Assembly (NCBI RefSeq): GCF_004010195.1
Contig: NC_057749.1
Location: 14,295,142-14,359,141 of the forward strand
Reading direction: 5' to 3'
Source of the DNA: Chiloscyllium plagiosum
Taxonomy: Eukaryota
Length of the DNA stretch: 64,000 nt
Position 1 is the first letter of the stretch; each line of letters starts with the position of its first letter. The notes under the pieces were generated by a model. It was not told where the DNA came from and made no database searches. It saw only the letters and a list, made by a program, of their open reading frames with translations. Shown one piece after another: positions 12,424-24,955 of this stretch. The position numbers and the translations under genes were made by a program.

Positions 12424-13129
12424 GCCACAGTCTACAGTAGTTAAGCTTTCCACCCTTCCAAGTATTAAGCCACTTATCGCACAAGGATGTCTTGATTTCT
12501 AGTATATCCACAGACCACAGCTTATTTATGACCATTGTTCAGGAGCTTTTAATTCTACAGTTAGTAATGTTATAGAACTCAACTTTAATTAGATATTTTT
12601 ATATAATTCAGAATATCTTTGGGTGTGTTTTTTTCTGCTAAATTATTTGCAAGGTGTCTGGATTGAATGTCTGAGATAAATAGAGTCGTCATATGGAAAA
12701 AATGCACTGAAAAAAGAATCTTGCTGCAGTCTACAACGGATGCCATAGCAACACTGCTAAAATATTGAGATCATATGCCAGAGACTAAAGCAACCACAAG
12801 CAAAAGCTAGAAGGCACATCTTTTCAGCTGTAAATCACTTCAGCCACCGACCAGCTGTTACCTGTCATACTTATAACCAATCTCAGACAACAACAATGCA
12901 GATCCTCAACTGTTTCTTACATGTGGTTTAACTGAAGCAAAAAAGTTACCCATTTCATTACACATCATTACAGCACAGATTAGTCTCATGACTATACAGG
13001 GTTACCTCACCAAACCAATTGCAGCTGATAGTTTTAATAATGGCTGGGGCATTATTTTAACTTTACCATCCCAACTGTTAATATATATTTTTTAAGATTG
13101 TGTTTTATCGTGTGTTACATGCAAGTGTC

Positions 13130-13740
13130 GTCATGTTCTGGCACCATCTTGAAATACTGAATATCATGCACACGTTTACTGCAATAGAGTTCATCTTTCT
13201 CTCTTCTTCTTGTTCATCCTTTGCTGCGCCTGCAGTTGCCGAAAGACACTGGCTGGGATCTCTGTAATGGGCTCTGGGATCTCAGTTCAGGTCTCCGCTG
13301 CTGCCATTCCTGTGACCATGGCATCCAAGCTGGAGCCATGGGTCTGAGGAAGGGTGGGTTCAGTCACTCCTCTTCCGTAGCGAGCGGTCCTGCAGACACT
13401 GCCACCAGTCATTGGTTTCGGTTCCTCCACCATCCGTTTTGCTGATGCCTCTCTCTTTCAAGCACTCGAACCTAGCTGCAGACCTGGAACTTTGGTTCAG
13501 TCTGCAGATCCAGGCCAGGGGAGTCAGCCTGGAACCTGCTCTGCACTTACAGGGAGACCCTGGGCTGGGGTAGAGCCATGTCTGCCTCGTCCCGGCATTG
13601 CTGCCACCGGCAGAGTCCTCCTCCTTCACTGGGCCTCGACCACTGCTGCTGCCGCTCTCCAGGCTTCAAAAAAGAAAAAAGAGCAGTTGGCAGTGGATGA
13701 GCCCCAAGCTCAGTCCTGCAACTCCGCCACCATCTTGAAT
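13130..13740. repeat. GC-richer probable interspersed repeat, unclassified
   Basis: Abrupt composition shift; CACCATCTTGAA occurs near both ends (about 13142 and 13728). Confidence 0.3.
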
Positions 13741-16199
13741 GTCTTGTTGGTTTTGGATTTATTGGACAGTCACCACAAACCTACTAAACCCACACTTTCA
13801 CGTTTTGAAAACAAGTTTGATTTTGTTCTCTCTCAGTATTCACAACTGCACTTTGCATAAGGCATCTTTAGTCACTTGATAGCAATTGGAAGCAGGAACT
13901 TTAGATTTGTTTTTACTCCTTAATGGAGGAACATAGAGGACCAGCTGTTGCTCCAAATTAAGACCAGCTAACTTAACACACAAAACAAATCAAACCAGGC
14001 ACTTTCTGGTCCGTATGACTTCGTGTCACATCACAGGATGTGTTTACTTAACTAAGCCTTCAGAAGCATTCAGAATAAATTGTTTCAACTCCAGAAATCA
14101 ATACCACATGCCTAACTATCTGTTAATTGCTAAAACATGAAGACATGCAGCATCTTGTTCTGAATGGATATCTTTATTATTTTGACCTTTGACCATTACA
14201 ACCTGCAATTGAGAGCGCCTTCAATAAATTTTACTGTGAAGTTGCACACTAAAATTATGCATAGCCATTGCAATTTCCCACCTTGATATGTAGCTTCATG
14301 TCTTTCTGTTCTCAATTGGCTACTTATCTTCCCCAAATACAAAAACTGTATCATGCCCAACAAATGCATTCAATGTATTGAGTAACTTCAGCTAAACAAT
14401 TTCATTTCACATTGATTACCAGGGATAGATTTAAATTGGTTGTATAAGGACCTGAAAAGGTTAGTACTAATGGTAGAAAATTTCATGAAGTTCCCTAGAC
14501 TTATGGCAGAACCTAATGAAGGTAAAAAACAGAATCCCTTAAGGAATTTGGTTTGTACTGTCAATGAGATGGGAACCTGTGACCATGCTGGATTGGCACA
14601 AATGTTTTCCACTCTCTTCAATTTTAAAGAATATTGAGAGTGAAAGAGCCAGCACAGTTTGTGAGAAAAAGAAACAAGCAGTGAGACTGCCACTGAGCAG
14701 CACAGCTAACTCGAGCCAATGTATAAATCTGTAACTAATGTAAGTTGGAATGCAACACAACTTGGTGAACAAATAGCTCTAACAGTTTCAAATTTTATTT
14801 TAGATGTGAAGGTGACGCAGAAGAGAAGACCAAACAGAATATTTGACTTGTTTTTCTTCCCAGAAAGAATTCCCAGTAACTATGAGAGATATCATGCCAC
14901 ACCAGAAGCAATTATAAATAGCAGACGGAAGAAGTCAACATGGTGATTTCGCCGATAATGAAATCACGGAGGACAAAGAAGAAAATCCAAACCAATGAAC
15001 AAGTTGAAATAAGAGGTTTACATATTTCAGCACAATTCCATTTTGATTGAGAATACAAATGTGTTGACACAAGTTGAAGATGTCCTCCATACAACTGGGT
15101 GGAAGCCACTACAGAGAATCAATGTTCAAGAAATTCCCTGATTTGGAGATTCAGGACACTGCTGAAAATAAATTGCCTGGTTTAGCAGGGATGCCATCCT
15201 CCAAAAAGAAAATCTAAAAGATTAAAGATCCTCTAGTTTAATGGGACCTACAGATCACAGATAATTGAGGAAAATAATCAAAGATAATGGAGTTCCACCA
15301 AACAATCAACCAAGTCTTCCAAATTCTCAGCTAACCTGTTACAATAGAATAGTGAAACCTCAAGACTGCCTGAAGTTGGTGGAGACAGAGTAATGGCAAA
15401 TATAGTTAAATACACAAACATGTATAAAATTATGAATGGGAAACTGCTTATAGGAGAGATATTGTTGTACAGATCTGTAAAGTTTAATGCTGTGGATTGC
15501 CATAAGCAGTACCTACCTTGAGGATTTCACATAATCGTGTGGACAAAATAACCTAGGATCTCAAAAATGTTGGGAGCTAACATCTGGTCCTTCTCAAAAT
15601 CTCTGTAACAAGGTCCACTAGATAAATGCAGCCTGTAACTACTTCATAACATTCATTAAACTATATGTGGTTCACGACAAGTGAACCTTCCATTTAAACA
15701 AGAAAGTGATTTTCCATCATCACATTAGGCCAAGTTAGCCATGTAGTTTCCTACATTTAGTGAGGATGGAGCAACTTTCATCATGACCATCAGCTTACAG
15801 TATGGTGGGCTGACATGTGCATACTACATTTCCCAGGCTAAAGTCTAACCTACTTCCATGACCAAGATCACCCTGTTGCCAAGTCAACTTTTCTTCAGTT
15901 TTTTTTTATCAATTATATTTCCTGATGTGCCATCACATATGATTTCTGCAACTGAAGCATACAAAAGAAATAAATTTAACGTCTCAGTAGTTATTCTAAA
16001 TTTGTAAACATCACCTTATCAAATACACTTCCCCTAAAAACAGTACTGAACAAAGACCTCCTAAAAAATTCTGCATACACAATTTCAGCAATTTTAACTC
16101 TTCATTTTTTGACAAATGTTATGTGAATTATATATTTGTACAGTATATATTATATTTGTTTAAGAGATCAGATTTTAAACGACTGGCATATAGTTGTTT

Positions 16200-16977
16200 A
16201 CCTTTTTTTTAAGTACTTAACTAGTCAGTCTTTTCGGAATCATAATTTTAAACCAGTTTGTATCAGAGTACAGATGATTGTAGGTCTCCTGGAGAGTTAA
16301 TGGAGCCTGACTCTATGGTGCAGGGTTTGACAAAAGGAGAAAAAAGTAAAACATTAAGCCATTAGCTGAGTAGAAGATGAGATAAGCACAATTTTATAAA
16401 TTCTAATTGAATTCTTCTGAATTCAGTTCAAAGACGACCTGAAGTCAGATGCAAGAATAGTTTTTCCTAGAAAATGAGTGTGTGCACAGTAGTTAAGGGA
16501 ATAGGTTATCTCAGTATACGGATCCTACTTCTGAGAGTTATAGAAAGAGGCTTTGTAGTTCACAGGACCAGGACTGGAAGAAGTTAAGACAATGTCCAGT
16601 TTTGATGAGGAAGGAAACTTTTTACCGATTTTGATGGTTTGGGAAGTAGATAGGATTTTGCTCGGTGGTTAAAATCTTTTAAACAGCATTATATGGAGGT
16701 AGCCTAATTAGTTTTTTATTCCTTTCTTTTGTGTAAACTGTTTTATTATTTGAATATACTGCCTGGTGTGCTTTCAGTGAAAGACCACCACATAAAATGA
16801 GGAAAAAAGAACATATTGGCAAATAGGACTAAATTAATTTAGGATATCTGGTCAGCTTGAACGAGTTGGACCAAAGGGTCTGTTTTCGTGCTGTACATCT
16901 CTATGATATGATCTAGCAAGCTAGATTTTATTCTGGAATCTGACTTGTCCAGTAGCAACATCAGCTGGGATCATAAT
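16200..16977 (+). mobile_element. Probable LTR-like repeat with a short CR1 tail (about 16840-16905) inserted
   Basis: 3' end (CAAGC...CTGG.AT.TGACTT...CATCAGCTGG.ATCA) is shared with 39230-39299. Confidence 0.4.
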
Positions 16978-17296
16978 TTCAAAACCTGAATAATCTAAAA
17001 TGCAAACTTGATCCAATTTACATTCACTAACATTTTGACCCATTAATTTCATATGGCTGATGCATTAGGACAGCTTTGCAGAGCTGCCTGAATGCTCAGT
17101 TGGTAAAAGAAACACACTGCAAAGCTATCCTGACCAGAAAACTATAGATTCACTTTTCAACGCATGCTAAATTAGTTGTTCGGATTCTGGTCAATAGCAG
17201 CAGGGTCTGATTTCAATAATCCCAGACTGGTAAGGAAATGGAGGATACCACTGACTCTTGCTGAAATATCCATTTGGATATCCAAGTGGAGGAAAA

Positions 17297-17408
17297 ATTT
17301 TTAATGAAAAGCTCTCCTTTTTCACTATATTTCAACATATTTTTAAAACAACAGTGGTAAACGTTTACAATTAAAAATTGGGGATAAAATTGTTGCATTG
17401 TACTATCA
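17297..17408 (+). repeat. Local direct repeat, copy 1 of 2
   Basis: 112 bp; 3 substitutions and 1 indel versus 18369-18481. Confidence 0.95.
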
Positions 17409-17460
17409 TAATGAGGATGCAGCAATTTGGCAGCAAGTCTTTTGATACAGGCACATTAAC

Positions 17461-17753
17461 TGTGGCCTGGTGGATCAGTGGTTAGCACTGCTGTCTCACA
17501 GCACCAGGGACCCAGGTTCAATTCTCACCTTAGGCAACTGTCTGTGTGGAGTTTGCACATTCTCCCCATGTCTGGGTGCTCCGGTTTCCTCCCACAATCC
17601 AAAAGATGTGCAGGTCAGGTGAATTGGCTATGCTAAATTGCCCGTAGTGCCTTAGTCAGGGGTAAATGTAGAGGAATGGTTCTAGCTGAGAGGGTCGGTG
17701 TGGACTTGTTGGGCCTGAAGGGCCTGTTTCCACACTGTATGGAATTTAATCTA
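17461..17753 (+). mobile_element. HE1-type V-SINE
   Basis: tRNA-like head (TCAGTGGTTAGC / GGTTCAATTC), V-domain TGTGTGGAGTTTGCACATTCTCCCC, CR1-like tail. Confidence 0.9.
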
Positions 17754-18368
17754 AAAAAAATGCAAAGTATTGCAGTCTAAAGTCTCAAGTATTAAAATGT
17801 CCTGATATTTTGTATCTGTTGACAGTACAAACCAAAACTACTCAAACCCAGAGCCTAGCAACAGAAGGAAGCTGCCAATTTATTATTCTTTCCCTCTAAA
17901 AGATAAAACTCTCAGTTCTTGTAAGTTTCAAGTATGTCTCCATTACACTTTTAAAACTACGTTAGATTCTACTGTCAGCACTGAAAGAATATGGCATCTT
18001 AATACAGTTTTTAAAAAAACTCTCTAAAATACACCTCCTATTACTTTGGTAATAGCCATAAACTTATACTGCCTGGTTATTGAACTAGCAGCTCCTTGAA
18101 TTGTTTTGCGAAATTAACATCTTACACTTTATAACATTAGACCCTCTTGAAATCCACCTTAATTTCTTGCTTCTTCAACTTTATTCAGTTTAATCATGGT
18201 TTAGCCCTCTAATCCAAAGCCTCAATGGTCAATTTATTCTCCCCGCTGGCCTTGTAGAAAAGGATACCATTAAGGGATAGTATATTCTTAGTGAGGCCTA
18301 ACCAGTAATTTGTATAGGTTGCACATGTTTCCTTTTTTTTGTACTTTTAATTATAACACTTCAAATTT

Positions 18369-18481
18369 ATTTTTAATGACAAGCTCTCCTTTTTGCACTA
18401 TATTTCAACATATTTTTAAAACAACAGCGGCAAACGTTTACAATTAAAAATTGGGGATAAAATTGTTGCATTGTACTATCA
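18369..18481 (+). repeat. Local direct repeat, copy 2 of 2
   Basis: Near-identical to 17297-17408. Confidence 0.95.
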
Positions 18482-20909
18482 AATTGTCTACAGTAAAATA
18501 AATATGCTTGCTATATATAAAGCCCATCAAACCTTTTGTCATTCTGCAGCAGTAAAACAATGAAGGTCACATTCCAAAGCATGAGTTATTTAAATGTCAG
18601 GTGGATCAGTGTTTGTACAGTATGAAGCAGTTCTTGCAGTTCTAATGCAAACCTTTTCATGACAATGAAAATAATTTGCTCAGCACAAACATACCCAACA
18701 CATCAGAGAACACTGTTAGTGCTGCCAAAGAGACCATCATAATCTCTTTCAGTTCTGGAAAATCTAATTATTCATGCAATAACTTGTAAAATATTCACAC
18801 TTTATATGGGTGAAACTACAGATTTTTGAATGCAAATCAATCTGAGTCTAATACAAATGGCCTAGAGCACCATAAATGCTCACTTTCTAATGCATTACAT
18901 GGCAATATCGTGCCGACTATAACAGAGTGTAAATAAACAAACTACTTAAGTCTTTAATGAATAAACAAGGTTTATTATTTTAAAAGAAAAACATTTCTGC
19001 CAAGAGATATCTCAAGAATAACCTGAAACGATGTACCTCTCCATTTCCCATCATCTATGGATAAGAATCAGGATTGGGGAGCATGGCAGTGCAGAAACCT
19101 TAAAACTATTATAGCTCAACATTCATGTTGTATTCCTACCCTGCACTGCCTCTCAAACATAATTTTACAGCCTTTAAAGCCTCACTGAAATCTGCTTATT
19201 TTCTTCATACCTTGAAGCACTTCCTCTGGCTTCCTGATTTCTGCTAAATGTAACACTTTTAAACTTGCACAACTGGCATTTAATCAATTACCATACTTGA
19301 TGTTCTATCTCGCCAAGTGAAATGTCAGAAAAGTAAAAGGCAAAGCAGAAGAATTTGTGATGCCCGATATTAATAGGGAAAAGCCTAATAATTAATCATA
19401 ATTGGCCTATGGAGACATGTGAATGAATTCGTAAGCAGAATGATATAATTTTCCCAGTTTCTTTTCAAATCAGTTTCAGGTCTACCAGGTTTTTTTTCCC
19501 CCAATTTCAACTTTTCTGAATCCCTTACACAGTTTGAGGGCACTAACTATCAATATCAGCTCTGGTGGTCTTTCACATTCTACCACCTGCAGAGAAGGCA
19601 TGCAGCCCTTCAGACATCTCCATTTCCCAACACATCTTGACAGCACAAATCAATGACTTATTAACTGTGATATCTAGCAGCTGAAGAAGCTCAACTAAGG
19701 CCTCCAAGCAACACAGCTGGTGCAGTGTTTGTTCGCCACAGGGTACTTAGTGTCCATTTGCGGGTTACAAAGACTTTAGTGCCAAGCACATACTGAGATT
19801 TAATACAATTCTCCTTTTTTACTGATGCCAGGCCTCCTTAACCAATCGCAGAATTAGATTTCCAAAAAAATAATCTTTAAATGTGACAATGATTTTGAAA
19901 ATCATTTTCATTATAATGGAGCATTCTCTCTAAGTGAAGCAGATTTTAATTTATTGTCATTGATCATGTACGTCAATCCTAATCGGTTGTTACCAGAACA
20001 GACAACTCGCTTAATTCACGGTTTCGTTTCCAGTTTTATTTTGCAAATAGACCTAATCATTTTAGAGAGGGTACAGTTTTTTTTTCTCAAAACTGTTCTG
20101 CGGTTTATGGGTGATGTTTTCACATTAACAGGACTGACAACAAGAGTTTAATAAAGAGCTTCCAGATGTTTTGTTGTAAATACAGGTTATGTTGTAATAC
20201 TGTAAGAAATAGGTGCAGAAATGGACCATATGTGGCCTTTGGCCTGTTCTACCACCACCCCAGTTTCATTCTTCATTGGATACATTGTGACCTATGAATA
20301 ATCATCGACTGTAAATTAAATTCAAGATATATTGCAAGTCCCAGGCATGATTATTATACTCAATTGCTAGTAAATATTTAAATCCGTCAAAAGTGTGTCA
20401 TCCAAGAGGTTTTCAGCTTTGGAAAAATGCATTTTTGCTTGTTGAGCATTGTGATCCAGTAATTTTCTTATTCAAATGTTTCAAATGAGTGTACAGTAGA
20501 CTTAATGCTGAAGATGCTGCAAGTAAACATTGTAATGGCAATATATTTTAAAGTCACTTGACTTTGATTCATCATGAAAGAGTCCCATTAACCATGAGTA
20601 ATATATACACCTGTATTTAAATATGTATAAATAATTCAGTAATGAAGCAACAGTTATTCTGTCACTAAGTGTACAATATCCCCAGTTCATAAACATCTAT
20701 ATTCAAAGTTGCTTTAGTAAATCATAAGTGTGAACCAAAATGACCAACTCAAGATACACTGTGCGAATCAAATAAAATCAGAGGGATGACCACAATTTAT
20801 GAACAGAAATTAAAACCGCTACTTGTTAACATGCCAATACTGTACTGTCAGTGTGCAGCAATACACATCTGGCTAAAAGCTTTCTCTGTCTGTGTTACAG
20901 TATTCAATT

Positions 20910-23035
20910 AGCAATTTACTTGTTCATGGATTGTGAGCGTCATTGGCACAGTCATCCCTAGCTGCCCTTCAGAAGGTGATGGTGAATCACTGCAGGCCAT
21001 GTGGTGTAGGTATACCCACAGTCCTGTTCGGAAGAGTTTTCCAGGATTTTGATCCACCAAGAAGTTTGAGGAGTGTGGGATATGGAGGGGAATTTTCAGG
21101 TAATGGTGTTCTAATCCATCTACTGCCCTCATCCTTCAAAAGGACCCTGGGTTCCTGCTGTGGTGCACACTGATACAATGATGCAATTGTGCAACTGTGC
21201 TCAAGGTGATGGATAAATTAAATCAGGCTGCTTTATCCAGATTGTTTTGAAACTGCACCTGTCCAGGCAAGTGGCCAGTATTCCATCATTTCCTGATCTG
21301 TGCCTTGTAATGGTGGGGGAATAGGCTTTGGGCAATTAGGTGACAAGTTACTTGCCATAGAGTTCCTAGCCTTAGGCATGCTCTTGAAGACAGTATTTAT
21401 ATGACTCATTCAGTTCAGTTTCTGGTCAATAGCAAGCCTAAAAATGTTGATGTTGGAGGAATTAGTGATGATAATGCCAAAGACTGTCAAGAGGAGATGG
21501 CTAGACTCCCTCTAGTATGTCTGTCCTCCCAAGCTGATGTTGAGAATTCATCTCAAACAGCATTGATGCCACTTCTCAAAAGCCTCAAAGTGGCATCTAA
21601 ACATTGTCCAAGTTTGAGAGCCATGTAGAAGAGTCAGAAGGATGAATGCTTTACACACAAGGATCTTGGTGTCAGCACGGATGCCACAGTCATCGAAGAT
21701 TCTCATCTTTTGGTGTACGAAGGAGGCACTTGCAGATTAGATGCAATGTTGAATCTCCACATCGATGTCAGCCTTCGAGGAGAGGAAGCTTTCCAAGTAA
21801 GGGGCATGTTCCATGTTCAGGAGTATTTCTCCATTGATCTCAATGGAGGGATGAACTGGAACTTGACTTGGTACAGGCTGGTAGAGGGTTCAAGTCTGAG
21901 GGCTAGGCGGAGGCCAATTCTTTGGTATGCTTCTGCAAAGGTGTTAGGAGATATTAAGCTCAAAAGAAGACACCCGACTAAGAGGAGAACAAAAGAAGCA
22001 TTTCAAAGACTCCCTGAATGTTTCACTTAAGAAATGCAACACAGATGTGAATGCGTGGGAGGGCGTTGTTCAGAAGAAACCAATTTGGAGGATGCTTCTG
22101 TATGAAGGGACATAATTCTGAGAATAGCGGTTTTCAATAGGAAGTATGAAAAGGAAACGGGGAGTCAGTAAATGCAAGGCCAAGGACCAATGCCAACCCC
22201 CGGAAACACCTCCCAAATGTATGGCCAGAGATGTTGCTAGGGGATTGAGGATCATCCATGTGAAGGCCTACAGAATCCATGACCAGTGATATGTAATTCC
22301 TAAGTCGACAATCATACTTGTTAGCAAGTTATTGCTGATTGCATCATTGTCTGGCACTTACGTGGCACACATGTCTCTTGCCACTTATCAGCCCAAGGCT
22401 GAACATTGTCCAGATTTTCCTCCATATTGACATGGAGTACATAAGAAGAGTTGTGAATGGTGCTAATATTTTACAACCAACAAATGTTCCCTCTTTTGAC
22501 CTTATGATGGAAGGAAGGTCATCAGTGGAACAGCTGAATATAGTTCGGCCTGAGTCACTACCTTGAATAACACCTGCAGCAATGCCTGCACTGAGGTGAT
22601 TGACCCCCAATAACCACGATCATCTTCCTCTGGGAGGGGGATGACTTCAACCAATGGCGAAGTTTCCCCGTTACGCATTCATTTTTGTTTCACTAAGTCT
22701 CTTTGATGTCACAGTTAGTCAAATTATGCTTCAGTGTCAAGAGCAATCAGTCTCATCTACATTTGGATTAAGGATGGAATGAGATCAGGAGCTGAGCAGC
22801 CCTGGCAGAACAAAGCTCTAGTGAGCAGGTTATTGTTGACTAAGTGCCGAATGATAGGACTGTCATTTTGCTAAAGACAAGAATAATCTGATTGGACAGC
22901 AATTGGCTGGGCTGAATTTGTCGTACATTTTGTGCATAGGACACATATGGGCAATTTTCCACATTGTCAGGAAGATGCCAGTAATAGAATAGATGAACTA
23001 GGAGCACAGCTAGTTTTATAGTACAAGTCCTTAGT
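20910..23035 (-). mobile_element. CR1/L2-group LINE (second family), decayed and interrupted
   Basis: Collinear with 43995-44830 and 47997-49945; interrupted between about 21513 and 22330. Confidence 0.75.
21515..21880 (-). mobile_element. RTE-clade LINE fragment (may extend to about 22260)
   Basis: Minus strand reads approximately DIDVEIQH..SASASF..RIFDD.GIRADTKILV.KA..L.TLLHGSQTWT....EKWHQCCLR.ILNIS, the post-RT region of RTE ORFs. Confidence 0.75.
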
Positions 23036-23064
23036 CGCAGAAAAAAATTACAAGCCATTTACAT

Positions 23065-23315
23065 TTGAGAAAAACTTTTTCAGAGGGCAATGAGTCTTTA
23101 GAATTATCTATCCCAGAGGGCTGAGGAAGGTCAGTCATTGAATATGTTCTAGATAGAGATAGATAGATTTCTACTTAATAGTGTCAACATTATGGAGTGA
23201 ACACAAGAACATGGACTGAGGTAGACTGATTGTCGGATCAACCATGATCTCACTGAATGATGGAGCTGACTCCACGAGCTATGTGGACTATTTCTGCTTC
23301 TCAGTCTTATGGTCA
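23065..23315 (+). mobile_element. CR1 3' end, decayed
   Basis: CCCAGAGGGCTGAGGA..GTCAGTCATTGAAT...GATCAACCATGATCTCACTGAATG. Confidence 0.7.
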
Positions 23316-23319
23316 AATA

Positions 23320-23522
23320 CAGTCAGTTCTGATAGTTCGGGTCTTGTGCAACCTTGCAAAATAAGAAAATCGTGCAAAAGGCGCACCATTTCAATTAATG
23401 GGGTCGGAATCGCGTTATAGCACATACAGATGAGGAAAGTTTACAAATAGTGGTCTAAATTCTTTAAATCGCATTAAAGCCAAATCGCGTTGAAAAAACA
23501 CGTGTTTTAGCAGAACCGACTG
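23320..23522. mobile_element. Tc1/mariner-pogo (Tigger-like) MITE
   Basis: TIRs CAGTCAGTTCTG / CAGAACCGACTG, TA on the left flank. A second copy lies inverted at 58722-58932. Confidence 0.75.
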
Positions 23523-24200
23523 TCATCATGATCTAGAATGCCAGAGCAGACATGAAGGGCTGAATGGTTTACCCTGTCTCTATATTCCTATGAGTAATTT
23601 GGACACATTATAGCTTTTAAAGAAGGGGAAAAAAACACATATTTAGAGTCATAGAGTCAGAGATGTACAGCATGGAAACAGACCCTTCTGTCCAGCCTGT
23701 CCATGCCGACCATTTATCCCAACCCAATCTAGTCCCACCTGCCAGCACTCGACTCATATCCCTCCAAACCTTTCCTATTCATATACCCATCCAAATGCCT
23801 CTTAAATGTTGCAATTGTACCAGCCTCCACCAAATCCTCTGGCAGCTCATTCAATACATGTACCACCCTCTGCATGAAAAAGATGCCCCTTAGGTTTCTT
23901 TTATATCTTTCCCCTCTCACCCTAAACATATGCCCTCTAGTTCTGGACTCCCCGACCCAAGGGAAAATACTTTGCCTATTTATCCTATCCATGCCCCTCA
24001 TAATTTTGTAAATCTCGATAAGGTCATCCCCTCAGCCTCCGACGCTCCAGGGAAAACAGCCCCAGCCCTATTCAGCCTCTCCCTATAGCTCAGATCCTCC
24101 AACCCTGGCAACATCCTTGCAAATCTTTTCTGAACCCTTTCAAGTTTCACAACATCTTTCCGTTAGGAAGGAAACCAGAATTGCATGCAATATTCCAACA

Positions 24201-24955
24201 GGTGGCACAGTGGTTAGCTCTCCTACCTCACAGCACCAGAGACCCGGGTTCAATTCCCGCCTCAGGCAGCTGACTGTGTGGAGTTTGCACATTCTCCCCG
24301 GGTCTGCATGGGTTTCCTCCGGGTGCTCCAGTTTCCTCCCACAGTCCAAAAATGTGCAGGTTAGGTGAATTGGCCATGCTAAATTGCCCGTAGTGTTAGG
24401 CGAAGGGCTAAATGTAGGGGAATGGGTCTGGGTTAGTTGCGCTTCAGCAGGTCAATAGACAATAGGTGCAGGAGTAGACCATTCTGCCCTTCGAGCCTAC
24501 ACCACCATTCAATATATTCATGGCTGATCATCCTTAATCAGTATCCTGTTCCTGCCTTATCTCCATAACCCTTGATTCCACAATCCTTGAGAGCCCTATC
24601 CAACTCTTTCTTAAAGGAATCCAGAGACTGGGCCTCCACTGCCCTCTGGGGCAGAGCATTCCACACAACCACCACTCTCTGGGTGAAGAAGTTTCTCCTC
24701 ATCTCTGTCCTAAATGGTCTCCCCGTATTTTTAAGCTGTGTCCTCTGGTTCGGCACTCACCCATCAGCGGAAACATGTTTCCTGCCTCCAGAGTGTCCAA
24801 TCCTTTAATAATCTTATATGTCTCAATCATATCGCCTCTCAGTCTTCTAAACCCAAGGGTATACAAGCCCAGTCACTCCAGTCTTTCAGTGTAAGGTCGG
24901 TGTGGACTTGTTGGGCCGAAGGGCCTGTTTCCACACTAAGTAATCTAATCTAATC
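24201..24955 (+). mobile_element. HE1-type SINE inserted in the CR1, itself split by a second CR1
   Basis: Head and V-domain at 24201-24453, tail at 24894-24955 ending (TAATC)n. Confidence 0.9.
24454..24893 (-). mobile_element. CR1 3' fragment (different subfamily) inside the SINE
   Basis: FRTEMRRNFFTQRVVVVWNALPQRAVEA; CTATTGT-type tail; AGGTC duplicated at 24449-24453 and 24894-24898. Confidence 0.9.

Noticed and set aside
14400..15400. Possible Gypsy integrase C-terminal remnant (NRIVKPQDCLKL near 15345)
   Set aside because: Only a short weak motif; no catalytic motifs or LTR pair that I could support.
17461..17530. tRNA gene
   Set aside because: A/B-box-like motifs belong to SINE heads; no full cloverleaf, and the sequence continues into the V-domain.
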